A stretch of 64,000 nt of DNA, taken from assembly GCA_963731625.1 (NCBI GenBank), contig CAVSWH010000001.1, positions 200,570-264,569 on the forward strand. Direction: 5' to 3'. Positions 37,218 through 45,574 of the stretch are shown piece by piece. The first letter of the stretch is position 1. Each line of letters opens with the position of its first letter. The DNA is from an uncultured Actinomycetes bacterium (lineage in GTDB: Bacteria > Actinomycetota > Acidimicrobiia > IMCC26256 > PALSA-555). Below the pieces are notes generated by a model. That model ran no database searches. It was given only the letters and a program-made list of their open reading frames with translations, and was not told the origin of the DNA. The position numbers were made by a program, and so were the translations under genes.

Positions 37218-37958
37218 TCAGGCCACTTGGGCGATCCACCCGCCGTCGACCGGGATGACCGCCCCGGTCACGAACGACGCACGATCCGAGGCCAGGAACG
37301 CCGCCACCTCGGCGACCTCGTCCGGGCGACCGGCGCGGCGCAGCGCCGCCTTCTTCTCGATCCCGGCGAAGGTCGCGAGCCCGGCTTGCCCCATGATCTC
37401 GGTGAGGATGAAGCCCGGACAGATGGCGTTGGCGCGAATGCCTCTCGACCCGTACTCGACGGCGGCCGCCTTCGTGACCGCGATGACGCCGGCCTTGGCC
37501 GCCGAGTAGACGCTTGTCCCCGGCGACGCGTTGAGCCCGCCGATCGACGACCAGTTGATCACCGATCCGCCACCCGTCTCGAGCATGGCGCGGATGCCGT
37601 GCTTCATCCCGAGCAGGACCCCTCGGAGGTCCACGTCGAGCGTCCGGTCGTAGTCCTCCATCGTGACGTCCGCGACGAGCCCGCCGGTGCCGATCCCGGC
37701 GACGTTGCAGAGGACGTCCAGGCGCCCGAACGTCGAGACGGCGTGCCGGATCATCGCCTCCACGTCGGCCTCCCGGCTGACGTCGGCGTGGAACGGCACG
37801 ACGGCGTCGCCGACCTCGGCGGCCGTCTCGCGCTCGGCGCCGCTGATGTCGACGGCGACCACGCGCGCCCCTTCGCGCACGAAGACCTTCGTGGACTCCT
37901 TCGCCATCCCGGACCCGGCCCCGGTGATCACGGCGACCCGCCCGTCGAGCACGCCCAC
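37218..37958 (-). CDS. Short-chain dehydrogenase/reductase
   Basis: It has AVITGAGSGMAKE and YSAAKAGV, with a GTG start at 37958. Confidence 0.9.
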   Translation of the reverse strand: MGVLDGRVAVITGAGSGMAKESTKVFVREGARVVAVDISGAERETAAEVGDAVVPFHADVSREADVEAMIRHAVSTFGRLDVLCNVAGIGTGGLVADVTMEDYDRTLDVDLRGVLLGMKHGIRAMLETGGGSVINWSSIGGLNASPGTSVYSAAKAGVIAVTKAAAVEYGSRGIRANAICPGFILTEIMGQAGLATFAGIEKKAALRRAGRPDEVAEVAAFLASDRASFVTGAVIPVDGGWIAQVA

Positions 37959-37959
37959 G

Positions 37960-38154
37960 TCAGCGGACCCCGTCCATCGGGACGATCGCGTCGCGGACGA
38001 CGTGTGCCCTGCGCATCCCGTAGAGCCCCGCCTCGTCGATCTTGAGCCGCAGCCACGGCACCGCGACTCGCAGGTGGTGGTACCTGTCGTCGGGATCGGA
38101 GAAGCACTTCTCCGCGTGCGGATCGCATGCGACGCCCGCCGGGCTCGTGGTCAT
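37960..38154 (-). CDS. Small hypothetical protein (64 aa) wedged between two SDR genes
   Basis: Its ATG overlaps the stop of the upstream SDR (ATGA at 38151-38154). Its stop is 1 nt from the GTG of the downstream SDR. No motif was recognised. Confidence 0.5.
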   Translation of the reverse strand: MTTSPAGVACDPHAEKCFSDPDDRYHHLRVAVPWLRLKIDEAGLYGMRRAHVVRDAIVPMDGVR

Positions 38155-38909
38155 CGTTGGTCCTCCCTATGGGGACGTGGGGCCACCGTGATCGAAGGGA
38201 TCGACAAGCTCGCGCCGTGGCGCAGCAGGGTGTCGACGACCGACACGAGCTCCCCGACGTCGATCAGGTTGCCGCTGATCAACCCGCGCTCCACCCATCC
38301 CGACCCCAGCTCGGTCGCGAGCTCGTGGTCCCAGCCCTGGTTGAAGCTCGTCTGGGACTCGCCCTCCCCGCCCGCGCAGTCGCCGACGACGAGGCGCGTG
38401 AAGGCGATGGCGGGGTGCTCGACACGCCAGGCCTCGACGAGCTTGTCCAGCGCGGCCTTGCTGACGATGTACGCGCCGAGACCGGGCCAGGGCGGCGTGA
38501 GCGAGGCGCTGACCGAGGAGAGGAACGCGGCGATGCCGCCCGCCTCGGCGAGATGAGGGATCGCCGCGGCGGTGATGCGAGCGGCACCCGTCACGTTGGT
38601 GTCGAACACGCGTCGCCAGGTTTCGGCATCTGTGTCGACGAGCCGTGCGAGCGGGCCGATCGCAGGGGCGTAGACCAACGCGTCGAAGCCGTCCATCGCG
38701 GACGCGGCCTCGCCGATCGCGCGACGACACGACGCCTCGTCCGTGACGTCGCACGCGATCGCGACCGTCCCGCCGCCCGCTTCCTGCGCGGCCCGCTCGA
38801 GCCGGTCCTGGCGGCGCGCGAGGAGCGCGACCTGGGCCCCGCGCTGTGCGAGGCCGATCCCGATGCATCGCCCCAGGCCACTCGAGGCGCCGACGACGAC
38901 CGTGCGCAC
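38151..38909 (-). CDS. Short-chain dehydrogenase/reductase
   Basis: It has VVVGASSGLGRC and YIVSKAAL. Confidence 0.88.
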   Translation of the reverse strand: MRTVVVGASSGLGRCIGIGLAQRGAQVALLARRQDRLERAAQEAGGGTVAIACDVTDEASCRRAIGEAASAMDGFDALVYAPAIGPLARLVDTDAETWRRVFDTNVTGAARITAAAIPHLAEAGGIAAFLSSVSASLTPPWPGLGAYIVSKAALDKLVEAWRVEHPAIAFTRLVVGDCAGGEGESQTSFNQGWDHELATELGSGWVERGLISGNLIDVGELVSVVDTLLRHGASLSIPSITVAPRPHREDQR

Positions 38910-39033
38910 CGTTCAGGCTCCCCCGCGACCGCTGCCACCGGCGCCGGTGCCGATCGCCCGCTTGGGACGGCCGCCGATCATCCGTCGAGCCTCCGGGGGC
39001 TCCGCGCCAGGTGTCGCACCCGCGTAGGATAGA

Positions 39034-39048
39034 TGACACGACTGTTAG
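39034..39048 (+). promoter_or_regulatory. Copy 4 of the shared motif, a candidate operator
   Basis: TGACACGACTGTTAG lies in the 210-bp gap between the divergent SDR operon (start 38909) and the amidohydrolase gene (39120). Confidence 0.4.
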
Positions 39049-39119
39049 ATTTCCTGCCTGGGGCCCAGGGCGGTGATCGCCGCGTGGCCAGTCGGCAGAC
39101 GGTCCCCTGAGCGAGGCCA

Positions 39120-40334
39120 GTGACAGCGCAGGACCTGTTCCTCCCGGACCCGTCGCCCCGCGACGTCGCGTACACGGTCATCTCGGTCGACGACCACGTC
39201 GTCGAACCGCCCCACACGTTCGAGGGACGGCTCCCCACGGCGCTGCAGGCGCGGGCGCCCAAGATCGTCGAGACGCCGAAGGGCCATCAGGTCTGGGAGT
39301 TCGAAGGGCACCGCTACACCCAGGTCGGGATGAACGCCGTCGCCGGACGACGCCCGGAGACCGTGAAGCTCGAGCCGTTCCGCTTCGACGAGATGCGCCC
39401 CGGCTGTTACGACGTCGACGCCCGCGTGCGCGACATGGACATCAACGGCGTGTGGGCGTCGGTGAACTTCCCCTCGGCGATCACGGGATTCTGTGGCCGC
39501 GTGTTCTTCGACGCCGAGGACCGCGAGCTCGGCGCGGCCTGCGTCCGCGCGTGGAACGACTGGCTGTTCGAAGAGTGGTACGCGCCCTACCCCGACCGGA
39601 TCGTCCCGCTCGGGATCACCGATCTCGCCGACCCAGCGAGCGCCGCAGCCGAGATCCGTCGGAACGCGGCGCGTGGGTTCCGGTCCGTGACCCTGCCCGA
39701 GCGACCGCACGCGATCGGCCTGCCGTCGCTCTGGGATCGCCAGCATTGGGATCCGATCATCGCGGCGTGCGACGAGACCGACAGCGTGATCTCGCTGCAC
39801 GTCGGCAGCTCGGGGAACTACCCGGCCCCGCCGGGCGCGCCGACGCAGCAGCTGTCCGCGACGTTGTTCAGCCAGCTGGCGCTCAGCGCCTGTGCCGAGT
39901 GGCTGTGGTCGGGCTACGCCGCGTCGCACCCAAACTTGAAGATTGCGATGAGCGAGGGCGGCATCGGCTGGGTCGCCATGCTGCTGGACCGGCTCGACTA
40001 CATCGTCGACCAGTCCGGTTACGGCCTCGGCTGGGACGAGCGGCCCGCCGACGTGCTCCAGCGGAACTTCTGGTTCTGCACGCTCGACGATCCGTCGGCG
40101 ATCGAGACCCGTCAGCGCATCGGCGTCGAGAACATCATGGTCGAGGTCGACTATCCGCACGGGGACACGACGTGGCCGGATACCCAGGAGGCGATCCACA
40201 AGGCCTGGGGCCATGTGCCCGTCGACGAGCTGCGGGCGGTGTGCTGCGAGAACGCGTCCTTGCTGTACCGCCACCCGCTCCCTGCCGTCGTCGTCCCGAG
40301 CGAACCGGCAAGCGCCACGAAGAGCGGCCGGTGA
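39120..40334 (+). CDS. Amidohydrolase-2 family protein (ACMSD/LigW-like decarboxylase/hydratase)
   Basis: It has VISVDDHVVEPP, AWNDWLFEEW and EVDYPHGDTTWP. It is an intact paralogue of the broken gene at 31677..32792. Confidence 0.85.
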   Translation: MTAQDLFLPDPSPRDVAYTVISVDDHVVEPPHTFEGRLPTALQARAPKIVETPKGHQVWEFEGHRYTQVGMNAVAGRRPETVKLEPFRFDEMRPGCYDVDARVRDMDINGVWASVNFPSAITGFCGRVFFDAEDRELGAACVRAWNDWLFEEWYAPYPDRIVPLGITDLADPASAAAEIRRNAARGFRSVTLPERPHAIGLPSLWDRQHWDPIIAACDETDSVISLHVGSSGNYPAPPGAPTQQLSATLFSQLALSACAEWLWSGYAASHPNLKIAMSEGGIGWVAMLLDRLDYIVDQSGYGLGWDERPADVLQRNFWFCTLDDPSAIETRQRIGVENIMVEVDYPHGDTTWPDTQEAIHKAWGHVPVDELRAVCCENASLLYRHPLPAVVVPSEPASATKSGR

Positions 40335-41823
40335 GACCGAGCCGAGCGGCGCTGTTCGGACCGGCGGGCACGCCACGCGTCGTCGTGGTGGGCGCCGGAT
40401 TCGGCGGGATCGCCGCCGGCGTCGCGCTGCAGCGAGGGGGCATCCACACCTTCACGATCTACGAATCGTCGCTCGGAATCGGCGGCACATGGTGGGACAA
40501 CACCTACCCGGGCGCCGAGGTCGACGTGGGATCCCATCTGTACTGCTTCTCGTTCAAGCCCCACGACTGGACGCGGACACACGCCCGACAGCCCGAGCTC
40601 CAGAAGTACCTCGAAGAGACGGTCGACGAGTTCGGTCTCCGGTCGCATCTGCAGCTCGGCGTGACGGTCGAGTCCGCGGCGTGGGACGAGCGCCGCCACG
40701 TCTGGGAGGTCCGGCTCGACGACGGGGCGGTCGACGAATGCCACGTGCTCGTGAGCGGCGTCGGGTTCCTGAACGTGCCCCGCTATCCGAGCTGGCCCGG
40801 GCTGGAGGACTTCGGCGGGCCCGTCTTCCACACGGCCCGCTGGGAGCACCAGCACGACCTCACCGACAAGGTCATGGCTGTCGTGGGCACCGGCTCGTCG
40901 GCGACCCAGATCGTGCCGGCCATCCAGCCGCTCGTGCGGCAGCTCTACGTGTTCCAACGGGAGCCCGGTTGGATCATGCCGAAAGGCGAGCGGGACTTCA
41001 GCGACGAGGAGCGCGCGTCGCTCACGAGGCCGTGGAGGCGTCGGCGCGAGCGCTGGCGGCTCAAGTGGCTGCTCGAGAAGAACCTGCGAGGCGGTGACCT
41101 CTTCCGGCCCGGCACGAGACGCAACGAGGCGCGCCGACAGTTCTGCCTCGCCTACATCGGTCGCCAGTTCGCCGACCATCCCGAGCTCCGCGAGGCCGTG
41201 ACGCCGACGTATCCGTATCCGGGTAAGCGCCCGGTCTTCGCCAGCACCTTCTATCCACGCTGAAGAAGGAGAACGTCGAGCTCGTCCCGAAGGCGGTGGC
41301 GTCGGTCACCCCAACGGGGATCGTCGACGCCGACGGGGTGGAGCGGGCCGTCGACGTCATCGTCATGGCGACGGGCTTCCAGCCGACCAACTACCTCGCG
41401 CGCCTCCCCGTAGTGGGGCGTGCGGGGCTGACGCTGCAGGCGCAGTGGGCGGATGAGCCACGCGCGTTCCTCGGGATCACCATGCCGGGGTTCCCGAACT
41501 TCTTCATGCTGTATGGCCCGGGCACGAACGGCGGCGAGATCGTCACGATGCTCGAGGGCCAGGCGAGCTACGTCGTCCGGGCGGTGAAGCGCATGATGCG
41601 AGCCCGCGTGACCGCGATCGAGGTCAAGCCGCGATTCGAGGCTTTATGGTTTCGCTGGCTGCAGCACCGGATGAAGGGCACGTCCTGGACGATGAGCCGG
41701 AACTACTTCACGTCACCGAGGGGCACGGTCGTGACCCAGTGGCCCTACGGCAACACGCTCTACCGACTGCTGACGAAGAGCCTGGGGCCCGCCTCCGAGG
41801 TGACGCGGCGGCGCAGCGTCTGA
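40331..41823 (+). pseudogene. Baeyer-Villiger / flavin-containing monooxygenase split by one frameshift
   Basis: The GTG at 40331 overlaps the upstream stop (GTGA). It has FAD motif VVVVGAGFGGIAAG, GGTWWDNTYPG and NADP motif VVGTGSSATQ. The frame ends ...KRPVFASTFYPR-stop at 41263. In the next frame the text continues LKKENVELVPKAVASVTPTGIVDADG...MATGFQP to 41823. Confidence 0.75.
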
Positions 41824-41912
41824 TCTCGAGGTTCGTCGTCACCGGCGCCAGGACCAGGACATCTCGCAGCTCCACGACCCCGCGAGGCCTGCGCCTTCGA
41901 CCCGGCCCCAGT

Positions 41913-41930
41913 GGTCATGAGAACATGACC
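41913..41930. promoter_or_regulatory. 7-4-7 inverted repeat upstream of the sulfatase gene
   Basis: GGTCATG-AGAA-CATGACC is perfect and lies 52 nt upstream of ATG 41983. Confidence 0.35.
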
Positions 41931-41982
41931 GCGCGCGACCTTCGGCGTCGTTGAGCGCCCCCGAGCCGGTTGGGAGAAGGCG

Positions 41983-44337
41983 ATGGGATCAGCGAAGGAG
42001 TTCAAGGGCACCGTCGGCATCGACATCAAGGACTCCGTTCCCGACTGGGCACCCTTCACGCAACCGATCGCGCCGCCAGGCGCGCCGAACGTCCTCCTTG
42101 TCGTGCTCGACGACGTCGGCTTCTCGGCGATGGAGCCGTATGGCGGGCTCATCGAGACGCCGAACGTGCGGCGCATCGCCGACCGCGGGGTGCGCTACAC
42201 CAACTTCCACACCACGGCGCTGTGCTCGCCGACGCGGTCATGTCTCGTCACCGGCCGCAACCACACGACCAACGGGATGGGGTGCATCACCGAGGCGACG
42301 TCGGGGTTCCCGAACGCGAACGGCCACGTCCCGTTCGAGTGTGCGAACATCGCTGAGGTCGTCGGCGGGCTTGGTTGGAATACCTACCTCGTCGGGAAGT
42401 GGCACCTCTGCGCCGAGGACGAGATGAACCTGGCGTCCTCCAAGCGGCAATGGCCGCTCGGGCGGGGCTTCGAGCGCTTCTATGGCTTCCTCGGCGGTGA
42501 GACGAACCAGTGGTACCCGGACCTCGTCTACGACAACCACCAGGAGCAGCCGCCGCGCACTCCCGAAGCGGGGTACCACCTCTCGGTCGATCTCACCGAC
42601 AAGGCGATCGAATTCGTCCAAGACGCCAAGTCGATCGCGCCCGACAAGCCGTTCTTCCTCTACTACGCCCCGGGTGCCAGCCACGCCCCGCACCACGTCC
42701 CGAAGGAGTGGGCCGACCGGTACAAGAGCAAGTTCGACATGGGATACGAGGCGTACCGGGACCTCGTCCTCGAACGGCAAAAGCAGCAGGGCATCCTGCC
42801 CAGCCAGACGGAACTCTCCCCGATCAACCCGTACGCCGAATCGACCAGCCACGACGGCAAACCGTGGTCAGAGGGCGACCGAGCCCGGCCGTGGGACACG
42901 CTCTCAGCCGACGAACGACGACTCTTCGCCCGCATGGCCGAGGTCTACGCCGGGTTCCTCAGCCACGCTGATCACGAGCTGGGGCGCCTCCTCGACTACC
43001 TCGAGGACAGTGGCCAACTCGACAACACGATCATCATGCTCCTCTCGGACAACGGCGCCTCGGGAGAAGGCGGCCCGAACGGCTCGGTCAACGAAAACAA
43101 GTTCTTCAACGCTGTCCCCGACACGATCGAGGAGAACCTCAAGCAACTCGACGAGCTCGGGAGCCCGCGCACGTACAACCACTACCCGATCGGGTGGGCA
43201 TGGGCATTCAACACGCCGTTCAAGATGTGGAAGCGCTACGCGAACTACGAGGGCGGGACGGCTGATCCGCTCATCGTCGCCTGGCCGAACGGCATGACAG
43301 CCAACGGTGGTGCCATTCGTCGTCAGTACACCCACGCCATCGACATCGCGCCGACCCTGTACGACTGTCTCGGTGTCGAGCTTCCCGACGTTGTCAACGG
43401 GTACACCCAGAAGCCTCTCGAGGGGGTGAGCTTCAAGGACAGCCTCGATGACCCTGACGCGCCGACGCGCCGGGAGACGCAGTTCTATTCGATGCTCGGT
43501 ACGCGCGCGATCTGGCATCAGGGCTGGAAGGCCGCTACCGCCGTCCCCGCTGCACCCGAATCATGGGGCGACTTCCATCAGCAGCCCTGGGAGCTGTTCG
43601 ACACGGAGGCCGATCCGAGCGAGTGTCACAACCTCGCTGAGCAGAATCCCGTCAAGCTCCAAGAGCTGATTGCGCTGTGGTGGACGGAGGCGGGCAAGTA
43701 CCAGGCGCTTCCACTCGAGTCGCGGGGCGCGATCGAGATCCTCGGGACGGAACGGCCGCAGCTGTCACGGCCGCGCAGCCGCTACACCTTCTATCCCGGT
43801 GGGGCGGAGATCCCCGAGTCGGTCGCCCCGAACATCCGCAACCGCTCGTACACCATCGCGGCCGAGATGGAGATCGAGACACCCGAAGCAGGCGGCGTCA
43901 TCTTCTCTCAGGGGTCACGGTTCGGCGGCCACGCGCTGTACGTCCGTGACGGCAAGCTCAAGTACGTCTACAACTTCGTCGGTGAGCTCGTCCAGATCGT
44001 GGAGTCCGAAGACACGATCCCCACCGGTCACGTCGTGCTCTCGGCCTCCTTCGAGAAGCGGGGAGACTCGATGCCCACCCAGGGGGCGCTCACCCTCCAC
44101 ATCCGCGACAAGACGGTCGGAGAAGCCGATATCACAACCCAGCTGGGCAAGTTCGGCCTCGGTGGAGGTGGCCTCATCGTCGGACGCTCCGGCGCTGAAC
44201 CCGTCACGGACGACTACGTGGGTGACGCGCCCTGGTCGTTCGTCGGCGGAACGATCAAGCGGGTCCTGATCGACGTGAGCGGCGACGCCTTCGTTGATCT
44301 CGCGAGGGAAGCTCGCGCGGCGTTCGCCCGCCAGTAG
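41983..44337 (+). CDS. Arylsulfatase (Cys-type, formylglycine-dependent sulfatase family)
   Basis: The active-site signature is LCSPTRSCLVTGRNH (CxPxR). It also has VVLDDVGF and LSDNGAS. GGGAGAAGG lies before the ATG. Confidence 0.92.
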   Translation: MGSAKEFKGTVGIDIKDSVPDWAPFTQPIAPPGAPNVLLVVLDDVGFSAMEPYGGLIETPNVRRIADRGVRYTNFHTTALCSPTRSCLVTGRNHTTNGMGCITEATSGFPNANGHVPFECANIAEVVGGLGWNTYLVGKWHLCAEDEMNLASSKRQWPLGRGFERFYGFLGGETNQWYPDLVYDNHQEQPPRTPEAGYHLSVDLTDKAIEFVQDAKSIAPDKPFFLYYAPGASHAPHHVPKEWADRYKSKFDMGYEAYRDLVLERQKQQGILPSQTELSPINPYAESTSHDGKPWSEGDRARPWDTLSADERRLFARMAEVYAGFLSHADHELGRLLDYLEDSGQLDNTIIMLLSDNGASGEGGPNGSVNENKFFNAVPDTIEENLKQLDELGSPRTYNHYPIGWAWAFNTPFKMWKRYANYEGGTADPLIVAWPNGMTANGGAIRRQYTHAIDIAPTLYDCLGVELPDVVNGYTQKPLEGVSFKDSLDDPDAPTRRETQFYSMLGTRAIWHQGWKAATAVPAAPESWGDFHQQPWELFDTEADPSECHNLAEQNPVKLQELIALWWTEAGKYQALPLESRGAIEILGTERPQLSRPRSRYTFYPGGAEIPESVAPNIRNRSYTIAAEMEIETPEAGGVIFSQGSRFGGHALYVRDGKLKYVYNFVGELVQIVESEDTIPTGHVVLSASFEKRGDSMPTQGALTLHIRDKTVGEADITTQLGKFGLGGGGLIVGRSGAEPVTDDYVGDAPWSFVGGTIKRVLIDVSGDAFVDLAREARAAFARQ

Positions 44338-44340
44338 GAG

Positions 44341-44361
44341 TCGCGATCTTGAGGATCGCGA
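44341..44361. terminator. Hairpin between convergent genes (sulfatase and LapA-like)
   Basis: TCGCGATC-TTGAG-GATCGCGA is a perfect 8-bp stem 4 nt after the sulfatase stop. There is no clear U-tract. Confidence 0.45.
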
Positions 44362-44387
44362 GTCACGCGGGACGACCTGAGCGCAGA

Positions 44388-44654
44388 TCAGTCGCGTCGG
44401 CCCTCGCGGCGCGCCACGCGCCGCCGATGACGACGCAGCACGCCCAACCCGAACCAGACGAGCGCGCCGATCGCGGCGGTCACGATGGTGTAGAGCCACA
44501 GCGGCCACGTGAAGTGCCAAAAGAGGAAGTCGAACCTGACGTCCTCGGTGTTCTGGAGGACGAAGATGAGCAGCACCGCGCCGCCTGTGAGCGACGCGAT
44601 CATCCCGCCGCTCACCTGACGACCGGCTCGTGGAGATGGCACCTGTTGAGTCAC
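44388..44654 (-). CDS. LapA/DUF1049-type small inner-membrane protein
   Basis: It has two helices and the characteristic NTEDVRFDFLFWHFTWPLWLY stretch, with a basic C-terminal tail. Confidence 0.7.
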   Translation of the reverse strand: MTQQVPSPRAGRQVSGGMIASLTGGAVLLIFVLQNTEDVRFDFLFWHFTWPLWLYTIVTAAIGALVWFGLGVLRRHRRRVARREGRRD

Positions 44655-44959
44655 AACCAGCTCCCTCGCATCGCCGGTACTTGAGCCGAGCGCACCCCGG
44701 CCTCGGCCAGCGTGTCACAACGAGACGCACACCGCATGGCCGACGCGGCGGGACGGCGACGCGAAGGAGGTCCGCTCGCTCCGAGCTGAGCACGAGCCAC
44801 ACCCGTTGCTTTTCCGCTCGACTCCGTCTATGCATCTGAGAGAACCACGAGGAGGTCGCCGTGACCGCTCCGTACGAGCAGGGTCGCACCGCCGCCAACG
44901 CGCCGGGCGTTCCCGGTCGAGCGCCGGCCACCTCACGAGTCGTCATGTCGGACGACTAG

Positions 44960-45145
44960 GAAGGTGAACGGGATGCCAGGACGGGCGGTCGCAATCGGGA
45001 ACGGTTACCCTTTACGCTCGGCAACTTCCCGCAGGCCTTCACGCCTCTCTCGCTCATCTCCGCAGCCGTGAGCCTCGACGGAGAGTTCGATGCTGCGAAG
45101 CCCGGGGCGCCCTTCGCAATACCGGGAGGCAGCTCGGGGTCCTGA
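44960..45145 (+). pseudogene. C-terminal remnant of a GH15 (glucoamylase/trehalase-like) glycoside hydrolase
   Basis: Translation gives ...LGNFPQAFTPLSLISAAVSLD..., the conserved C-terminal GH15 motif. Only about 60 codons are open. An in-frame TAG at 44957 separates it from a 32-codon ORF (GTG 44861, SD GAGGAGG). Confidence 0.55.
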
Positions 45146-45240
45146 GCCACGACGGTGGTCGCGACATGCCGCCCGGGGTGGCGGTCGTCCTGGCCACCAG
45201 GAAACACACCTACGACTCGACAACCCAGGGGAGATACAAC

Positions 45241-45561
45241 GTGTTGGCGTCGAACTTCGGCACCGGACAGGTATTCCTGTCGATGCTCTACTTCTTTCTG
45301 TTCATCATTTGGATCTGGCTACTCATCGTCGTCTTCTCCGATATCTTTCGGAGTCCCGACCTCGGTGGATTCGCAAAGGCACTCTGGGTCCTGTTCGTTT
45401 TCATCGTTCCGTATCTCGGCGTGTTGGTGTATCTCATCGCGCGCGGCGGCAAGATGCACGAGCACGCGCTTCAGGCCCAAGCCGCGCAGGACGCAGCGAT
45501 GCGCCGCTATATCCAAGACGCCGTGAAGGACTCACCGTCGTCTGGAGCGCCTCCCGGCTGA
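45241..45561 (+). CDS. PLDc_N-domain small membrane protein (phospholipase_D-nuclease N-terminal family)
   Basis: It has LYFFLFIIWIWLLIVVFSDIFRSPDLGGFAKALWVLFVFIVPYLGVLVYLIARG. The GTG at 45241 is preceded by GGGGAGA. Confidence 0.75.
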   Translation: MLASNFGTGQVFLSMLYFFLFIIWIWLLIVVFSDIFRSPDLGGFAKALWVLFVFIVPYLGVLVYLIARGGKMHEHALQAQAAQDAAMRRYIQDAVKDSPSSGAPPG

Positions 45562-45574
45562 ACGGCCCTCCGGA

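Noticed and set aside
37960-38154. The 64-aa ORF as the missing ferredoxin partner of the P450s
   Set aside because: It has only two cysteines and lacks the CxxxxxC...CP spacing of 3Fe-4S/4Fe-4S ferredoxins.
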